Below are positions 37,630 through 47,008 of a stretch of 64,000 bases of DNA, in pieces; positions within the stretch are counted from its first letter, which is position 1; every line of letters starts with the position of its first letter. Where the stretch lies: contig CAYQJX010000014.1 of NCBI GenBank assembly GCA_964417965.1, positions 50 through 64,049 of the forward strand, written 5' to 3'. Source of the DNA: an uncultured Elusimicrobiaceae bacterium. Lineage in GTDB: Bacteria > Elusimicrobiota > Elusimicrobia > Elusimicrobiales > UBA9959. The notes below the pieces were generated by a model. It was not told the DNA's origin. It worked only from the letters and a program-made list of their open reading frames with translations, and ran no database searches. The translations under genes and the position numbers were made by a program.

Positions 37630-38210
37630 CAGGCGGCTTTCTTCCGGCAGGTGTAGAGCATGTGGGCGTCGGAGAGGGGCGCGGCGGCCGGTTCGGTGAA
37701 GCCGGCTTTCTTGAGCAGCACCTGCATCTCGTCCTCGGAGAGGCGTTCCTTGAGCGGCGGGCCCTTGGGCGTTTCTTTCTTCGCCCATTCTATGACCGAC
37801 AGCCGGGTGCCGGGTTTTATGGCGGCGGCCACGGCGGCCAGGAAGGCCTTCTTGTCCTCCACCTCGTGCAGCACGTCGGAGAGCAGCACCAGGGAATAGT
37901 CGGCCTCGGGGATATTGAGCTTTGCGTGGGTGGCCTGCGCGGTCTGGATGTTGAACAGGCCGGTGGCGGCGCTCATGGAGCGCAGGTCCGCCAGCATGAC
38001 GCCGGAGAGGTCCACGGCGTAGACCATGCCCTTGGGGCCGGTCATCTTTGAGGCGGGCACCGCGAAGTAGCCCATGCCGCAGCCTATGTCGAGGATGATG
38101 TCGCCGGGCTTTATGCCGGCTTTCACCAGGGTCTCCTCCGGCGGCATTTCGGCGCGGCGCTCGGGGTTGTCCAGCTTATGCCTTTCGGCGGGGTCGAAGA
38201 TATGGGTCAT
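37629..38210 (-). CDS. Class I SAM-dependent methyltransferase
   Basis: The ILDIGCGMGYF motif I and downstream motifs. 193 aa. Confidence 0.75.
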   Translation of the reverse strand: MTHIFDPAERHKLDNPERRAEMPPEETLVKAGIKPGDIILDIGCGMGYFAVPASKMTGPKGMVYAVDLSGVMLADLRSMSAATGLFNIQTAQATHAKLNIPEADYSLVLLSDVLHEVEDKKAFLAAVAAAIKPGTRLSVIEWAKKETPKGPPLKERLSEDEMQVLLKKAGFTEPAAAPLSDAHMLYTCRKKAA

Positions 38211-38232
38211 AGGTTTGTCCGGCTGCGTTCCT

Positions 38233-39402
38233 CTAATTCTTTATGTTCCCCAGCCGGGTCCAGCCTTCGAGCACTTTGAGGGTGAGCCGGGCGCAGGCGA
38301 AGAAATCTTTGAGGTCCAGGTATTCGTGGGTGGTGTGCACGTCGCGCATGCCGGTGGAGAGCACCGGGGCTTTTATGCCGTGGCCGTACATGATGTTGCT
38401 GTCGGTGCCGCCGCCGGAGGCGGACGGGATCATCTTGAGGCCTTCTTCCTTCATGGCGGCGGCGATGAGCGGCAGCACGGGGTTGGCTTTGTCTATGCGG
38501 AGGTTGGGGAACTTCTGTTCCACCAAAAATTCGTAGCGGGGCGTTATCAGTTTTCCCCCGTCCCGCACCTTTATTTTTTTAACGGCCTTCTTCAGGCAGT
38601 CCTCCATGTGGCGGGTCTGCTTCTTTAATTTGGCGGGGTCGTGGGAGCGGGCTTCGCCGGAGAGTTCCACCAGGGGCGGTACGATATTGATGGCGTTGCC
38701 GCCGGAGATGAAGCCGATGTTGGCCGTGGTCTCCTTGTCTATGCGGCCGAGCTTCATGGCGGCGATGGCGCTCGATACCACCTTGATGGCGGAGATGCCT
38801 TTTTCGGGCGCGACGCCGGAGTGGGCGGCGGCGCCGTAGACCTTGATGTCCATCTTGTCGGCGGCCGGGGCGCTGGTGATGACGTGCGCGAGGGACTGTT
38901 CGTTGTCGAAGATGAGGCCGTAGCGGGAGCGGAGGGCGGCGTAGTCGAGGTACTTGGCGCCCATCAGGGCCATTTCTTCGCTGATGGTGAAGACGGCTTC
39001 TATGGGCGGGCGGGGCACCTTGTTCTCGTCGAGGGTCTTGATGACCTCCACTATGATGGCGATGCCGGCCTTGCAGTCGGCGCCGAGCACGGTGGTGCCG
39101 TCGGAGGTGATGCGGTCCTTTGTGACCACGGGGCGGACGTTGGCGGCGGGGCCGACGGTGTCCATGTGGGCCGAGAGGAGGAAGGGGGCGGCGGGGGCGG
39201 TGCCGGGGAAGCGGGCTACCAGGTTGCCGGTCTCGCCGCCTATCTTGCGGCCGGCGTCGTCGATGGTGACCTCGGCGCCCATGAATTTGAGGAGGATGGA
39301 GAGGCGGCGCGCGATGGCGCCTTCCTTGCCGGAGAGCGACGTGATCCTGGCCAGGTCGCAGAACAGCTGTACCATCCGTTTTTCGTTGATAGCGGGGGTC
39401 AT
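38233..39402 (-). CDS. M20-family metallopeptidase (PepT-like)
   Basis: Start at the ATG at 39402 (MTPAINEKRMVQLF). SAHMDTV, GADCKAG and EE motifs. The longer ORF start would run into the divergent gene. Confidence 0.7.
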   Translation of the reverse strand: MTPAINEKRMVQLFCDLARITSLSGKEGAIARRLSILLKFMGAEVTIDDAGRKIGGETGNLVARFPGTAPAAPFLLSAHMDTVGPAANVRPVVTKDRITSDGTTVLGADCKAGIAIIVEVIKTLDENKVPRPPIEAVFTISEEMALMGAKYLDYAALRSRYGLIFDNEQSLAHVITSAPAADKMDIKVYGAAAHSGVAPEKGISAIKVVSSAIAAMKLGRIDKETTANIGFISGGNAINIVPPLVELSGEARSHDPAKLKKQTRHMEDCLKKAVKKIKVRDGGKLITPRYEFLVEQKFPNLRIDKANPVLPLIAAAMKEEGLKMIPSASGGGTDSNIMYGHGIKAPVLSTGMRDVHTTHEYLDLKDFFACARLTLKVLEGWTRLGNIKN

Positions 39403-39459
39403 AGGACTATTATTTAATTTTTGACCGCGCGTTGACAATGAATATTTAAGGCAAAGTGA

Positions 39460-39465
39460 TATAAT
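39460..39465 (+). promoter_or_regulatory. -10 box TATAAT placed 6 nt before the ATG
   Basis: Reads TATAAT-TGGGGC-ATG(39472). The TTGACA at 39432 is 22 nt upstream, which is a poor spacer. Confidence 0.45.
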
Positions 39466-39471
39466 TGGGGC

Positions 39472-40197
39472 ATGACTTTTAGAAAAAACCACTTATTGAT
39501 CCTCTTCGCGGCGCTGGCGCTGAGCGGCGGCGCCTGTTCTTCTACCCGCACCCAGATCGCGCTGAAGAAGGCGCACCTGGTAGAGCACAAGGTCTATTAC
39601 GTGCCGGCGGACCAGTTCAAGACCGCGCAGTTCGCCCCTCCCCCCGCTAAGGACTCGCGCGAGCAGGAGGCCGACATCGCCGCGATCATGGCCTGGCAGA
39701 ACAAGCGTACCGAGGCGGACTGCGAGAAGGCCAGGTTCACCGCCAAGGCGGAGATAGATTTTTTGTGGGGCAAGGCCAGCCCGTTCCCGGAGCCGGCGCC
39801 CGAAGAGTTCAATAAGTTCGTGGAGCGCCTCGCCCTGGACCTGGAGGAGGCCGTGACCAACATGAAGAAGCGCTGGGAGCGCCCCCGCCCGTTCAAGGCC
39901 TATCCCGGCCAGGCCGAGCCCTGCATAAAGAAGAGCAGCGGCTTCTCCTATCCCAGCGGCCACTCTTCTTTCTCCCGGGTGTTCGCCAATGTGATGTCCG
40001 ACATCGTGCCGGAGCGCCGGGAAGAATTCCTGGGCAGGGCCGACGAGATAGCCATGGACCGGGTGATAGGCGGCGTGCATTTCCCCACGGACATCGCCGC
40101 CGGCAAGGTCTTCGGCGACCTGTACCACGCCGAACTGCTCAAGTCCGAAGCTTACCGCGCCGACGTGGAGCGGATGAAGGCCCTGCTGCTCAAGTAG
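39472..40197 (+). CDS. PAP2-family (class A acid phosphatase-like) lipoprotein
   Basis: Signal peptide with a Cys (LSGGAC). K......RP (KKRWERPRP), PSGH and R....H...D (DRVIGGVHFPTD) motifs. Confidence 0.8.
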   Translation: MTFRKNHLLILFAALALSGGACSSTRTQIALKKAHLVEHKVYYVPADQFKTAQFAPPPAKDSREQEADIAAIMAWQNKRTEADCEKARFTAKAEIDFLWGKASPFPEPAPEEFNKFVERLALDLEEAVTNMKKRWERPRPFKAYPGQAEPCIKKSSGFSYPSGHSSFSRVFANVMSDIVPERREEFLGRADEIAMDRVIGGVHFPTDIAAGKVFGDLYHAELLKSEAYRADVERMKALLLK

Positions 40198-40213
40198 GCC
40201 GGGCCGAATAAAC

Positions 40214-40246
40214 AAAAAAACCGGAGGATGTCCTCCGGTTTTTTTA
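40214..40246. terminator. Bidirectional rho-independent terminator
   Basis: An A7 run, then the ccggagg-atgt-cctccgg hairpin, then a T7 run. Sits between convergent genes. Confidence 0.8.
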
Positions 40247-40261
40247 TCGCCCGGTTCCGGG

Positions 40262-42295
40262 CTAGCCTTTACGGCCCCTGCCGCGTCCGCGGCCCCTGCC
40301 CCTCCCCCCGCCGCCCTTGTCCTGGCCTTTTTTCCAGGGCGAGACTTTCCAGCGGTCCGCGCCCCCGGGCTGCTGCCCGCCGCTCCCGCGGGGCTGCGCC
40401 TGCTGCTGCGGGCGGCCTTCCAGCGAGAGGTCTATCTTGCCGGTAGTGCTGTCGATGGAGGCGATCATCACCTTCACCTTGGTGCCGGGCTTGAGGCCGT
40501 TGACGCGCAGCAGCCCTTCGGCGCCGGTGTCCCCGACCATCACAAAAGCCCCGCTCTCGATCACGGAGGTGACCGAGCCTTCCATCACCGTGCCGACCAG
40601 GTCCTTCATCAGTTCGGCGCGCATGATGTCCACTGACTTGTGCTCGGCGTCGGAGGCGGCGCGTTCGCGCTCGGAGCAGTGCACGCCGGCCTTCTCCAGG
40701 GACTGCGCCCCGTAGTTCTCTTTCCTGTTTTCCAGCAGGGCCTTTATCGCCCGGTGCGTCATCAGGTCGGGGTAGCGGCGTATCGGCGAGGTGAAGTGCG
40801 AGTAGAAGCGCGTGGCGATGCCGAAATGGCCCTGCGACACCGGCGAGTACACCGCCTGGCGCATGCTGCGCACCATCAGCGAGTTTATCAGGTTGGCCAG
40901 CGGGTGGCCTTCGGCCTGGCGCAGTATGTCCTGCAGGCCTTTCTGCACGTTGGCGCCGTGGATGTGCCCGGCGGACAGCCCGAGCGAGCCCAGCGCCGTC
41001 GCCAGCGTCTTGAGCTTGAGTGGGTCGGGCGAGTCGTGCCGGCGGTGCAGGAACTGGCGCTTGGCGTTGTTGAGCTCGGTGGCTACCGCCTCGTTGGCGA
41101 GCAGCATGAACTCCTCTATCAGCCGGTGGGCCTTCAGGCGCGGGCGCAGCGAAACGCCCAGCGGCCGGCCGTGCGGGTCCGCGTTGATCTTGTATTCGGG
41201 CAGGTTGAAGTCCAGCGCCCCGCGGGCTACGCGCCTGCGGTAGAGGAGGTCGGTGAGTTCGCTCATGCGCGCTACGGCCTCGCCCACGGCCTTCTGCACA
41301 TCCGGCACTTTATTGCCTTCGAGCATGGCCTGGATCTCCTCGTAGGTGAAGCGCCGCCAGGAGCGGATCACGGTGGAGGCCAGGCGCCGCTTTACCACGT
41401 TGCCGGCCTTGTCCAGGTCCATGAAGACGGACATGGTCAGGCGCTCCTGGCGCGGCACCAGGCTGCAGAGGTTGTCGGAGAGGGCCGGGGGCAGCATGGG
41501 GACCACCCGGTCGGGCAGGTAGACGCTGGTGGCCCTGGCGTAGGCTTCTTTGTCCAGGGCGGTGCCGGTCTTGACGTAATGCGCCACGTCGGCGATATGC
41601 ACGCCCAGGCGCAGCATGCCGCCGGGCAGCGGCTCCAGGGAGACCGCGTCGTCGAAGTCCTTGGCGTCCGCGCCGTCTATGGTGCAGACGGGCAGGTCGA
41701 AGAGCTCCTCGCGGCCCTTCCAGGCGGCCGGGTCGAGGCGGATGCCGTAGGCCTCGGCCTGGGCCATGACCTCTTTCGGAAAAACTTCGTTGATGCCGCG
41801 GGCGCGCAGGATGGAATCTATGCGGGCGCTGACGTCGGCGGGGTTGCCGAGGATCTCGGTGACGATCCCGGAGGCGGGCTCGCCGTTCTCGGGCCAGCGC
41901 TTGACTTCCAGCACGGCGAAGACGCCTTCGGCCGGGGTTATCCCGGGCGCGAAGCCGGACACCAGGGCCGGCGGCGCCGACCCCTTCTCGGGGAACAGGG
42001 CCCAGGCCGTCCTGACGCCCCTGAGCACGCCTACCATGGTGGTATGGGCGCGCTTGATGACTTTTACTATCTCTCCGGCGAGCCGCCCGGTCTTTTCGGG
42101 GCGCACCTTCGCCTGTACCCTGTCGCCGTCCATGGCCATGTCCAGGCCGCGGCCGCGCAGGAACGCGTCGCCAATGCCTTCCGTTTCCGAGAGCAGGAAG
42201 GCGAAAGTGCCGTGGTGCTGTATTACGCCCTCTACCAGGGCTTCGTGGCCGCCGGAGGCGGCGCGCTTTTCTTGTTTTTTCCAATGTCGTTTCAT
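40262..42295 (-). CDS. rnr: Ribonuclease R
   Basis: 677 aa. RNB catalytic motifs (IDGADAKDFDDAV, YLPDRVVPMLP), a C-terminal S1 domain and a GRG-repeat basic tail. Confidence 0.9.
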   Translation of the reverse strand: MKRHWKKQEKRAASGGHEALVEGVIQHHGTFAFLLSETEGIGDAFLRGRGLDMAMDGDRVQAKVRPEKTGRLAGEIVKVIKRAHTTMVGVLRGVRTAWALFPEKGSAPPALVSGFAPGITPAEGVFAVLEVKRWPENGEPASGIVTEILGNPADVSARIDSILRARGINEVFPKEVMAQAEAYGIRLDPAAWKGREELFDLPVCTIDGADAKDFDDAVSLEPLPGGMLRLGVHIADVAHYVKTGTALDKEAYARATSVYLPDRVVPMLPPALSDNLCSLVPRQERLTMSVFMDLDKAGNVVKRRLASTVIRSWRRFTYEEIQAMLEGNKVPDVQKAVGEAVARMSELTDLLYRRRVARGALDFNLPEYKINADPHGRPLGVSLRPRLKAHRLIEEFMLLANEAVATELNNAKRQFLHRRHDSPDPLKLKTLATALGSLGLSAGHIHGANVQKGLQDILRQAEGHPLANLINSLMVRSMRQAVYSPVSQGHFGIATRFYSHFTSPIRRYPDLMTHRAIKALLENRKENYGAQSLEKAGVHCSERERAASDAEHKSVDIMRAELMKDLVGTVMEGSVTSVIESGAFVMVGDTGAEGLLRVNGLKPGTKVKVMIASIDSTTGKIDLSLEGRPQQQAQPRGSGGQQPGGADRWKVSPWKKGQDKGGGGRGRGRGRGRGRKG

Positions 42296-42305
42296 TTTTT
42301 TCCTT

Positions 42306-43034
42306 TTATCTTAAAACTTCGGTGCCGTTCAGTTTCAGGCTTTTCAGGCGCATGTGCGCGCCCTGCGGGTCGCCCCCGGAGAACCCGCCGATGAAGAGCT
42401 TCTGCGACGGGGCCGAGGCGGCGCTCCCGGCGTCCAGCCGGAAGACGGGGACGAAGGTCTTGCGGTTCAGGGCGTACGAGACCGAGAAGAAATTGCCGTC
42501 GCGCTCGAAGCGCAGGACCTTCAGGTCTTTCGGCAGGGCGAAGGGCCGCGCGCCGGGCAGGCAGAAAACCAGCAGGCTGTCGTCGGCGGGCCGGGGCCCG
42601 TTCTGGCGCTGGGCTATGATCTTCAGCGTGGCCGAGGCGCTGCCTATGGAGGGCCTGGCGGCGTCGCCGCCCACCCAGATGCCGTAGGAGAAGCGCTTCA
42701 TCGCGCCCGGGGGGAGCTTGAAATCCGCTTCCAGGTCGGCCCGCCACTTGGCCCCGGTTATCTCCCGGGAGATGATCAGGCCGGGCGCGTAGCCGTCGGA
42801 CGGCTCGTCGCGGGTGTCGTCCTGGCCGGCGGCCAGGCGGTAATACAGCCCGTCGTTGGCGGCTTCGTTGGAGCCGTGGGTGTCGTTCCAGCCGGTCCAG
42901 CTTTCCCAGTCGTCCACGGCGTAGGCGCCCTTCTTGAACATCGCGGGGTTTATGCACCCCGCGGCCAGGACTGCCGCCAGGAGCGGCGCCAGGAGAAACA
43001 GTTTGTTGTCGCGCATAATTTTTTTGTCCGTCAT
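42306..43034 (-). CDS. Lipoprotein with probable concanavalin/LamG-like jelly-roll domain
   Basis: LAAGC lipobox and beta-rich sequence. The start is uncertain (ATG at 43034 or 43016). Confidence 0.45.
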   Translation of the reverse strand: MTDKKIMRDNKLFLLAPLLAAVLAAGCINPAMFKKGAYAVDDWESWTGWNDTHGSNEAANDGLYYRLAAGQDDTRDEPSDGYAPGLIISREITGAKWRADLEADFKLPPGAMKRFSYGIWVGGDAARPSIGSASATLKIIAQRQNGPRPADDSLLVFCLPGARPFALPKDLKVLRFERDGNFFSVSYALNRKTFVPVFRLDAGSAASAPSQKLFIGGFSGGDPQGAHMRLKSLKLNGTEVLR

Positions 43035-43061
43035 GAGGGGGTAAGGGGACTTGAGCGGCGC

Positions 43062-43502
43062 CTACTTCCTGCTGTCGAGCCAGATGGTCACGGGGCCGTC
43101 GTTGAGGATCTCCACTTCCATGTCCGCTCCGAACACGCCGGTCTTTACGGGCAGGCCCAGGCCGAGCAGCGCCTGGACGAAAATATTGTAGAGCCGGTCG
43201 GCTTCCGCCGGCGCCGCCGCGTCCGTGAAATCCGGCCTGCGCCCTTTTGACGCGTCGCCGTAGAGGGTGAACTGGGAGACTACCAGCACTTCCCCCTTCA
43301 CGTCCAGCAGGGAGCGGTCGAATTTGCCGGCTTCGTTGGGGAAGATCCTGAGGTTGGCCGTCTTCTCGGCCAGCAGGCCGGCGTCGGCTTCGGTATCGCC
43401 TTTGCCCACCCCCAGCAGCACCACCAGGCCCCGCCCGACGGTGTTGTGGACGCTCCCCGTTCGCACGCCCCCGCGTTTAACGCGCTGTATAAGAACACGC
43501 AT
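43062..43502 (-). CDS. dtd: D-aminoacyl-tRNA deacylase
   Basis: 146 aa. MRVLIQRV N-terminus, SQFTLYGD and a GPVT motif. Confidence 0.9.
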   Translation of the reverse strand: MRVLIQRVKRGGVRTGSVHNTVGRGLVVLLGVGKGDTEADAGLLAEKTANLRIFPNEAGKFDRSLLDVKGEVLVVSQFTLYGDASKGRRPDFTDAAAPAEADRLYNIFVQALLGLGLPVKTGVFGADMEVEILNDGPVTIWLDSRK

Positions 43503-43508
43503 GCTCTA

Positions 43509-43514
43509 ATTATA
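43509..43514 (-). promoter_or_regulatory. -10 box TATAAT placed 6 nt before the dtd ATG
   Basis: The sense strand reads ATAATT-TATAAT-TAGAGC-ATG(43502). Confidence 0.45.
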
Positions 43515-43545
43515 AATTATTTATCCCCCTGCCGCTATCGCCGCT

Positions 43546-43574
43546 TGAATTAGCGCGGAGCCGGTTGTATAATA
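43546..43574 (+). promoter_or_regulatory. Sigma70-type promoter TTGAAT-N17-TATAAT
   Basis: The hexamers sit at 43546-43551 and 43569-43574, with TG immediately upstream of the -10. 42 nt upstream of the ATG at 43617, which has a GGAAGGA Shine-Dalgarno. Confidence 0.55.
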
Positions 43575-43616
43575 GGAGTGTTGGGCGCGGGCCTGTCCCG
43601 CGGAAGGAAAAAGCTT

Positions 43617-43850
43617 ATGGTAACCGGACTTGTGCTAGTTAAACTGATGCCTGGCAAGGAGAAGCAGACCCTCTCCAAGCTGAAGGGCCTTAAGAGCGTG
43701 GTTCACATGTCGGCCGTTTTCGGCCGCTGGGACCTCGTGCTGGATATGGAGACGGACGACCTTCCCACCCTTTCCAATATCGTGGTGCAGGAAATACGCT
43801 GCATACCGGGCGTGCTCACCACCGAGACCCTGGTCACTACTTCCCTCTGA
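43617..43850 (+). CDS. Stand-alone Lrp/AsnC-type ligand-binding (RAM) domain protein
   Basis: 77 aa from the internal ATG. The pattern V.V........L..L......V......G.WD..L......D......V...I..I.GV..T.T is present. Confidence 0.55.
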   Translation: MVTGLVLVKLMPGKEKQTLSKLKGLKSVVHMSAVFGRWDLVLDMETDDLPTLSNIVVQEIRCIPGVLTTETLVTTSL

Positions 43851-43853
43851 CGC

Positions 43854-44366
43854 ATGCGCCGGCTGACGGCCCTGCTGCTGCTGGCCCTCTCCGTCCCCGC
43901 CGCCGCCCAGATGTACCTGGGGGCGGAGGTCGGGCCGGACGCTTTTTTGCGGGGTGAGGAGGCCAAACCCGACACGTCTGGGGAGGACGCTTTCGCCTGG
44001 GCCCTGGGCACGGAAGTGAGCACGGCCACGCTCTACTCCGTTTTTGAATCCACCGAGCCCGAGCGGGAAATGTTCAAATACCTGCGGCGCGGGATCTACC
44101 GGCAGGAGCTGGCCGCGCTGCTGCTGCTCTCCGAAAGTTCGTCCGTCCCGGTCTCCAAATTGGCCGCCGAACTGCCCAAGGCCGGAGGTTTTTCCGGGCT
44201 GGCTAAAAAGCACAAGGCCGACGCCGTGGCCCTGTTCGCCGCCGCGGGCAGGCTTAAGGCCGCCGCCGACCTGCGCCTCCCGCTTTTCCTGGCGGTCTCC
44301 ACTTCAACTTTCTCGGTCCCGGTTTCTACCGCCGCGGCTCCGGCGCTGCCCGATGAAAAGAAATAG
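43854..44366 (+). CDS. Secreted hypothetical protein
   Basis: Signal peptide LLLALSVPAAAQ, then Ala-rich sequence. Coding status is supported mainly by operon position. Confidence 0.4.
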   Translation: MRRLTALLLLALSVPAAAQMYLGAEVGPDAFLRGEEAKPDTSGEDAFAWALGTEVSTATLYSVFESTEPEREMFKYLRRGIYRQELAALLLLSESSSVPVSKLAAELPKAGGFSGLAKKHKADAVALFAAAGRLKAAADLRLPLFLAVSTSTFSVPVSTAAAPALPDEKK

Positions 44367-44820
44367 CCTCCTCCTCGCCGCCGTCCTGTGCTGCCTCGGT
44401 TCGGCCGCCGCCGCGCTGCGGGTGCCGGCCGGCGCCGCCTCCGCCGAGCTCACGCTGCCGGATGGCTACAAGGTGGCCGCGGAACTCGCGCTCACTCCTG
44501 ATGAGCAGGCGAAAGGCCTGATGTTCAGGGAAACCCTTCCCCCCGGCCGCGGCATGCTTTTTGTTTTCGGCGACTACGCCCCCAGGTCTTTCTGGATGAA
44601 GAATACTTTTGTGGACCTGGATATGGTGTTCCTGGACGACAGGCTGAAGGTGGTGAAGGTCTTTCACCGCGTGCCCCGGTCCCGGGCCGGCCAGCCCGAC
44701 TCCGAAGTGGCCCGGGCCACCGCCTCCGCCGCCTTGGTACTGGAACTGCCCGCCGGAGCCGCCAGGGCCCACGGCGTAAAACCCGGCGCCAGGCTGAAAA
44801 TAATTTTCCCCAAAAAATAA
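44353..44820 (+). CDS. DUF192 family protein
   Basis: Internal ATG at 44353 and a signal peptide. GLMFR....GMLFVF....FWMKNT..DLD..F motif. Confidence 0.65.
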   Translation: MKRNSLLLAAVLCCLGSAAAALRVPAGAASAELTLPDGYKVAAELALTPDEQAKGLMFRETLPPGRGMLFVFGDYAPRSFWMKNTFVDLDMVFLDDRLKVVKVFHRVPRSRAGQPDSEVARATASAALVLELPAGAARAHGVKPGARLKIIFPKK

Positions 44821-44842
44821 GGCCGGCCCCGAAGGGCCGGCC
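44811..44842 (-). terminator. Rho-independent terminator for the 564-aa gene
   Basis: The ggccggccc-cgaa-gggccggcc hairpin is followed on the minus strand by TTATTTTTT. Confidence 0.6.
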
Positions 44843-44863
44843 CTTTACGCTGCTCCCGCGGGT

Positions 44864-46558
44864 CTAGCGGAAGTAGTAGTAATGCTGCACGCGCTCAAGC
44901 CCGGCGAGCGGGAAGGGCGCGCAGCTCTTGCCCGACACCGGTACCGTCAGCACCAGCTGGTGCTGGTTATAGTATTCGTCGTAGTCCGCGAGCACCCTGA
45001 GCTCCCCTTTCGGCAGGGCTTCCACCGGCCTCTCCAGCACCAGCGGCGGGAACTTGGGCCTGGAGTGCAGCAGCTTGGCGCCGCTGGTCAGGTTCACCGA
45101 ATGGTACTGGCCGTACCCCGAGGCGCAGAAGCTGCGGTTGGTGGCGGAGTTGGGCACGAAATTAACCGTGACGGCGCAGGACTGGTGCGGGGCCAGCGAC
45201 TGCCCGGTGCAGCCGTCCGACACGACCTTGAAGACGCCCGGCAGGCGGGAGGTGTCCAGCTTTATCCTGTGCCAGGTCTCGCCGCCGGTATTGTAGACCC
45301 GCAGCACCTCGGCCATGTTGTAGCCCTCGGGCACCAGGTCGAAATCCAGCCTGTTGGAGTAGCCGGCGGAGCCGTTCCAGTTGTGCTGCCACCACCAGGT
45401 GAGGTAGGAGTATTTGGACTCGCCCTTCAGCTCCACGTAGGTCTGGTAGTCCATCGCCCCGTCGTCGTTGGAGCCTATGGAGAGGCCGCTGTAGTACTCC
45501 TTGGCCGCCTTCGGCGAGAAGCGCACGCTGAACGTGCAGCTCTTGCCCGGCGCCAGCCTGGCGGAGGTGCACTTGTCCTGTTCCAGGTAGAACGGCGTCT
45601 CGTCGTCCATGTTCTCTATCCTGCCCAGCCGCAGCTCGGCGTCGCCGATGTTCATGATGATGACCAGGCGGGCGCCTGTTTCGTAGTTGTACATCTTGCC
45701 GAAGTCCAGCGAGCGGGGCCAGATGAAAGCGACCGGCATGGGGTCGCGTTTTGTCTTTTCCTCCCGCGGGCCGCCGCCGGTGGTGGAGGCCTCTTCCGGG
45801 CTCTGCGCGTTCTGGGCGGCCGACTGGCCGCCGCCGTGGGAGCCGTAGTCGCCGGAGCTGAGGTCGCGGCCGCTCCCCTGCCCGCCGGAGGAGGAAAAAG
45901 AAGAATCTTCGGAGCCCGACTCGCTGCCCTGGCCCAACCGGCCCTGCGGCCCGGAGCCCTGCCGCCCGCTCCGGGAGAGGCCCGCGCCGGAGAACCCGGA
46001 GGAGAAGGCGCTCTTTTTTCCGCCCGAAGCGGCTCCGCTCCCCGCAGCCTGCAGGCGCGGGGCCTGCTGCCCGGCGACGCGCAGCGTCCCGGCCCCGGCC
46101 GACTGGCCGCCGGTCCCGTTGCCGGACCGGGGGTTGTAAACGTTGCCGCCCTGCTGCTGCGCTTCCTGCGCCTGAGCCGCGGCCGCCAGCGCTTCCGGGT
46201 CGTACTTGACCTCCGCGCGGGCCTGCCGCATGAATTCCCGCAGCTCCGCCTTGCTCATCTGTTTTCGCGGTTTTACGGGCGCCTCTTTGACGGCGTCGGT
46301 TTCTTTGGAGTAGCCTTGGTTGACCTTGCGGAACAGCTCTATGGAGGAGCCTGACTGCTGCTCGGTGCGCGCCAGCGGGGAGGAGCCGGGGGCGTATTTG
46401 GGGCCGGAGTCGAATTTAAAGTCGGGAGTGGCGCCGGCGGGAGAGGTCGAATCCCCGGAGCCGCCCGCGAAATAACCTATCCCTACGGCCAGCGCGGCGG
46501 TAAGCACCACCGCGGGCGCGGCCGCGGCCTTCCAGTTAATCACATACCTGCCGTTCAT
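44864..46558 (-). CDS. Membrane-anchored protein with long G/S/Q-rich disordered region and two Ig-like (choice-of-anchor-D/ASH-type) domains
   Basis: 564 aa with a GGAGGA Shine-Dalgarno and an N-terminal TM helix. ~200-aa low-complexity region. Two modules carry C...L.PG.SC...V.F.P signatures (CTSARLAPGKSCTFSVRFSP; CTGQSLAPHQSCAVTVNFVP). Confidence 0.55.
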   Translation of the reverse strand: MNGRYVINWKAAAAPAVVLTAALAVGIGYFAGGSGDSTSPAGATPDFKFDSGPKYAPGSSPLARTEQQSGSSIELFRKVNQGYSKETDAVKEAPVKPRKQMSKAELREFMRQARAEVKYDPEALAAAAQAQEAQQQGGNVYNPRSGNGTGGQSAGAGTLRVAGQQAPRLQAAGSGAASGGKKSAFSSGFSGAGLSRSGRQGSGPQGRLGQGSESGSEDSSFSSSGGQGSGRDLSSGDYGSHGGGQSAAQNAQSPEEASTTGGGPREEKTKRDPMPVAFIWPRSLDFGKMYNYETGARLVIIMNIGDAELRLGRIENMDDETPFYLEQDKCTSARLAPGKSCTFSVRFSPKAAKEYYSGLSIGSNDDGAMDYQTYVELKGESKYSYLTWWWQHNWNGSAGYSNRLDFDLVPEGYNMAEVLRVYNTGGETWHRIKLDTSRLPGVFKVVSDGCTGQSLAPHQSCAVTVNFVPNSATNRSFCASGYGQYHSVNLTSGAKLLHSRPKFPPLVLERPVEALPKGELRVLADYDEYYNQHQLVLTVPVSGKSCAPFPLAGLERVQHYYYFR

Positions 46559-46675
46559 AAATCCTCCGTCCCCGCCCCGGACCCTATGAAGTTAGTATAC
46601 ACCACGCCCGGCCGGTTTTCAAGGTTTAAAAGTAACCTTTGTCTCTTTTTATTTTTATTGTAGAATAATAAGCCA

Positions 46676-47008
46676 ATGGGCATCTGGGACAACGCCTTCA
46701 AAATTCCGGAACCTCCGGAACCGACTCCGGAAGAAAAACGGCTTTTGGAGATCCTTGCAGGAAAAGTCCGCAAGCGCAGTATGGGAGATGTGGCCGCTTT
46801 CATGGTGGAGAGCACCCGGCCCCTGCACGAGCTCGGAGCCCAGAGCTTAATTTTTATAGAACCGGCGCTGGCGGCCTTCTTCGGCAAAGAGGAGACCGCC
46901 AAGTACCGGGCCATACTGGAAAACAGTAAGGCTGTTACATACCTGGTCAACAAGCTTAGCGAAGAAACCGCGAAAAAGGAAGACCCCAATGTCAAAAAAA
47001 GACCTTGA
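46676..47008 (+). CDS. Small helical hypothetical protein, first gene of the nine-gene operon
   Basis: 110 aa. TAGAAT lies 9 nt upstream of the ATG. Overlaps the next gene by 20 nt. Confidence 0.45.
   Translation: MGIWDNAFKIPEPPEPTPEEKRLLEILAGKVRKRSMGDVAAFMVESTRPLHELGAQSLIFIEPALAAFFGKEETAKYRAILENSKAVTYLVNKLSEETAKKEDPNVKKRP

Noticed and set aside
39432-39437. TTGACA as the -35 box for the PAP2 gene promoter
   Set aside because: The spacer to the TATAAT at 39460 is 22 nt, outside the functional range. The -10 box is kept as a candidate, but the -35 assignment is dropped.
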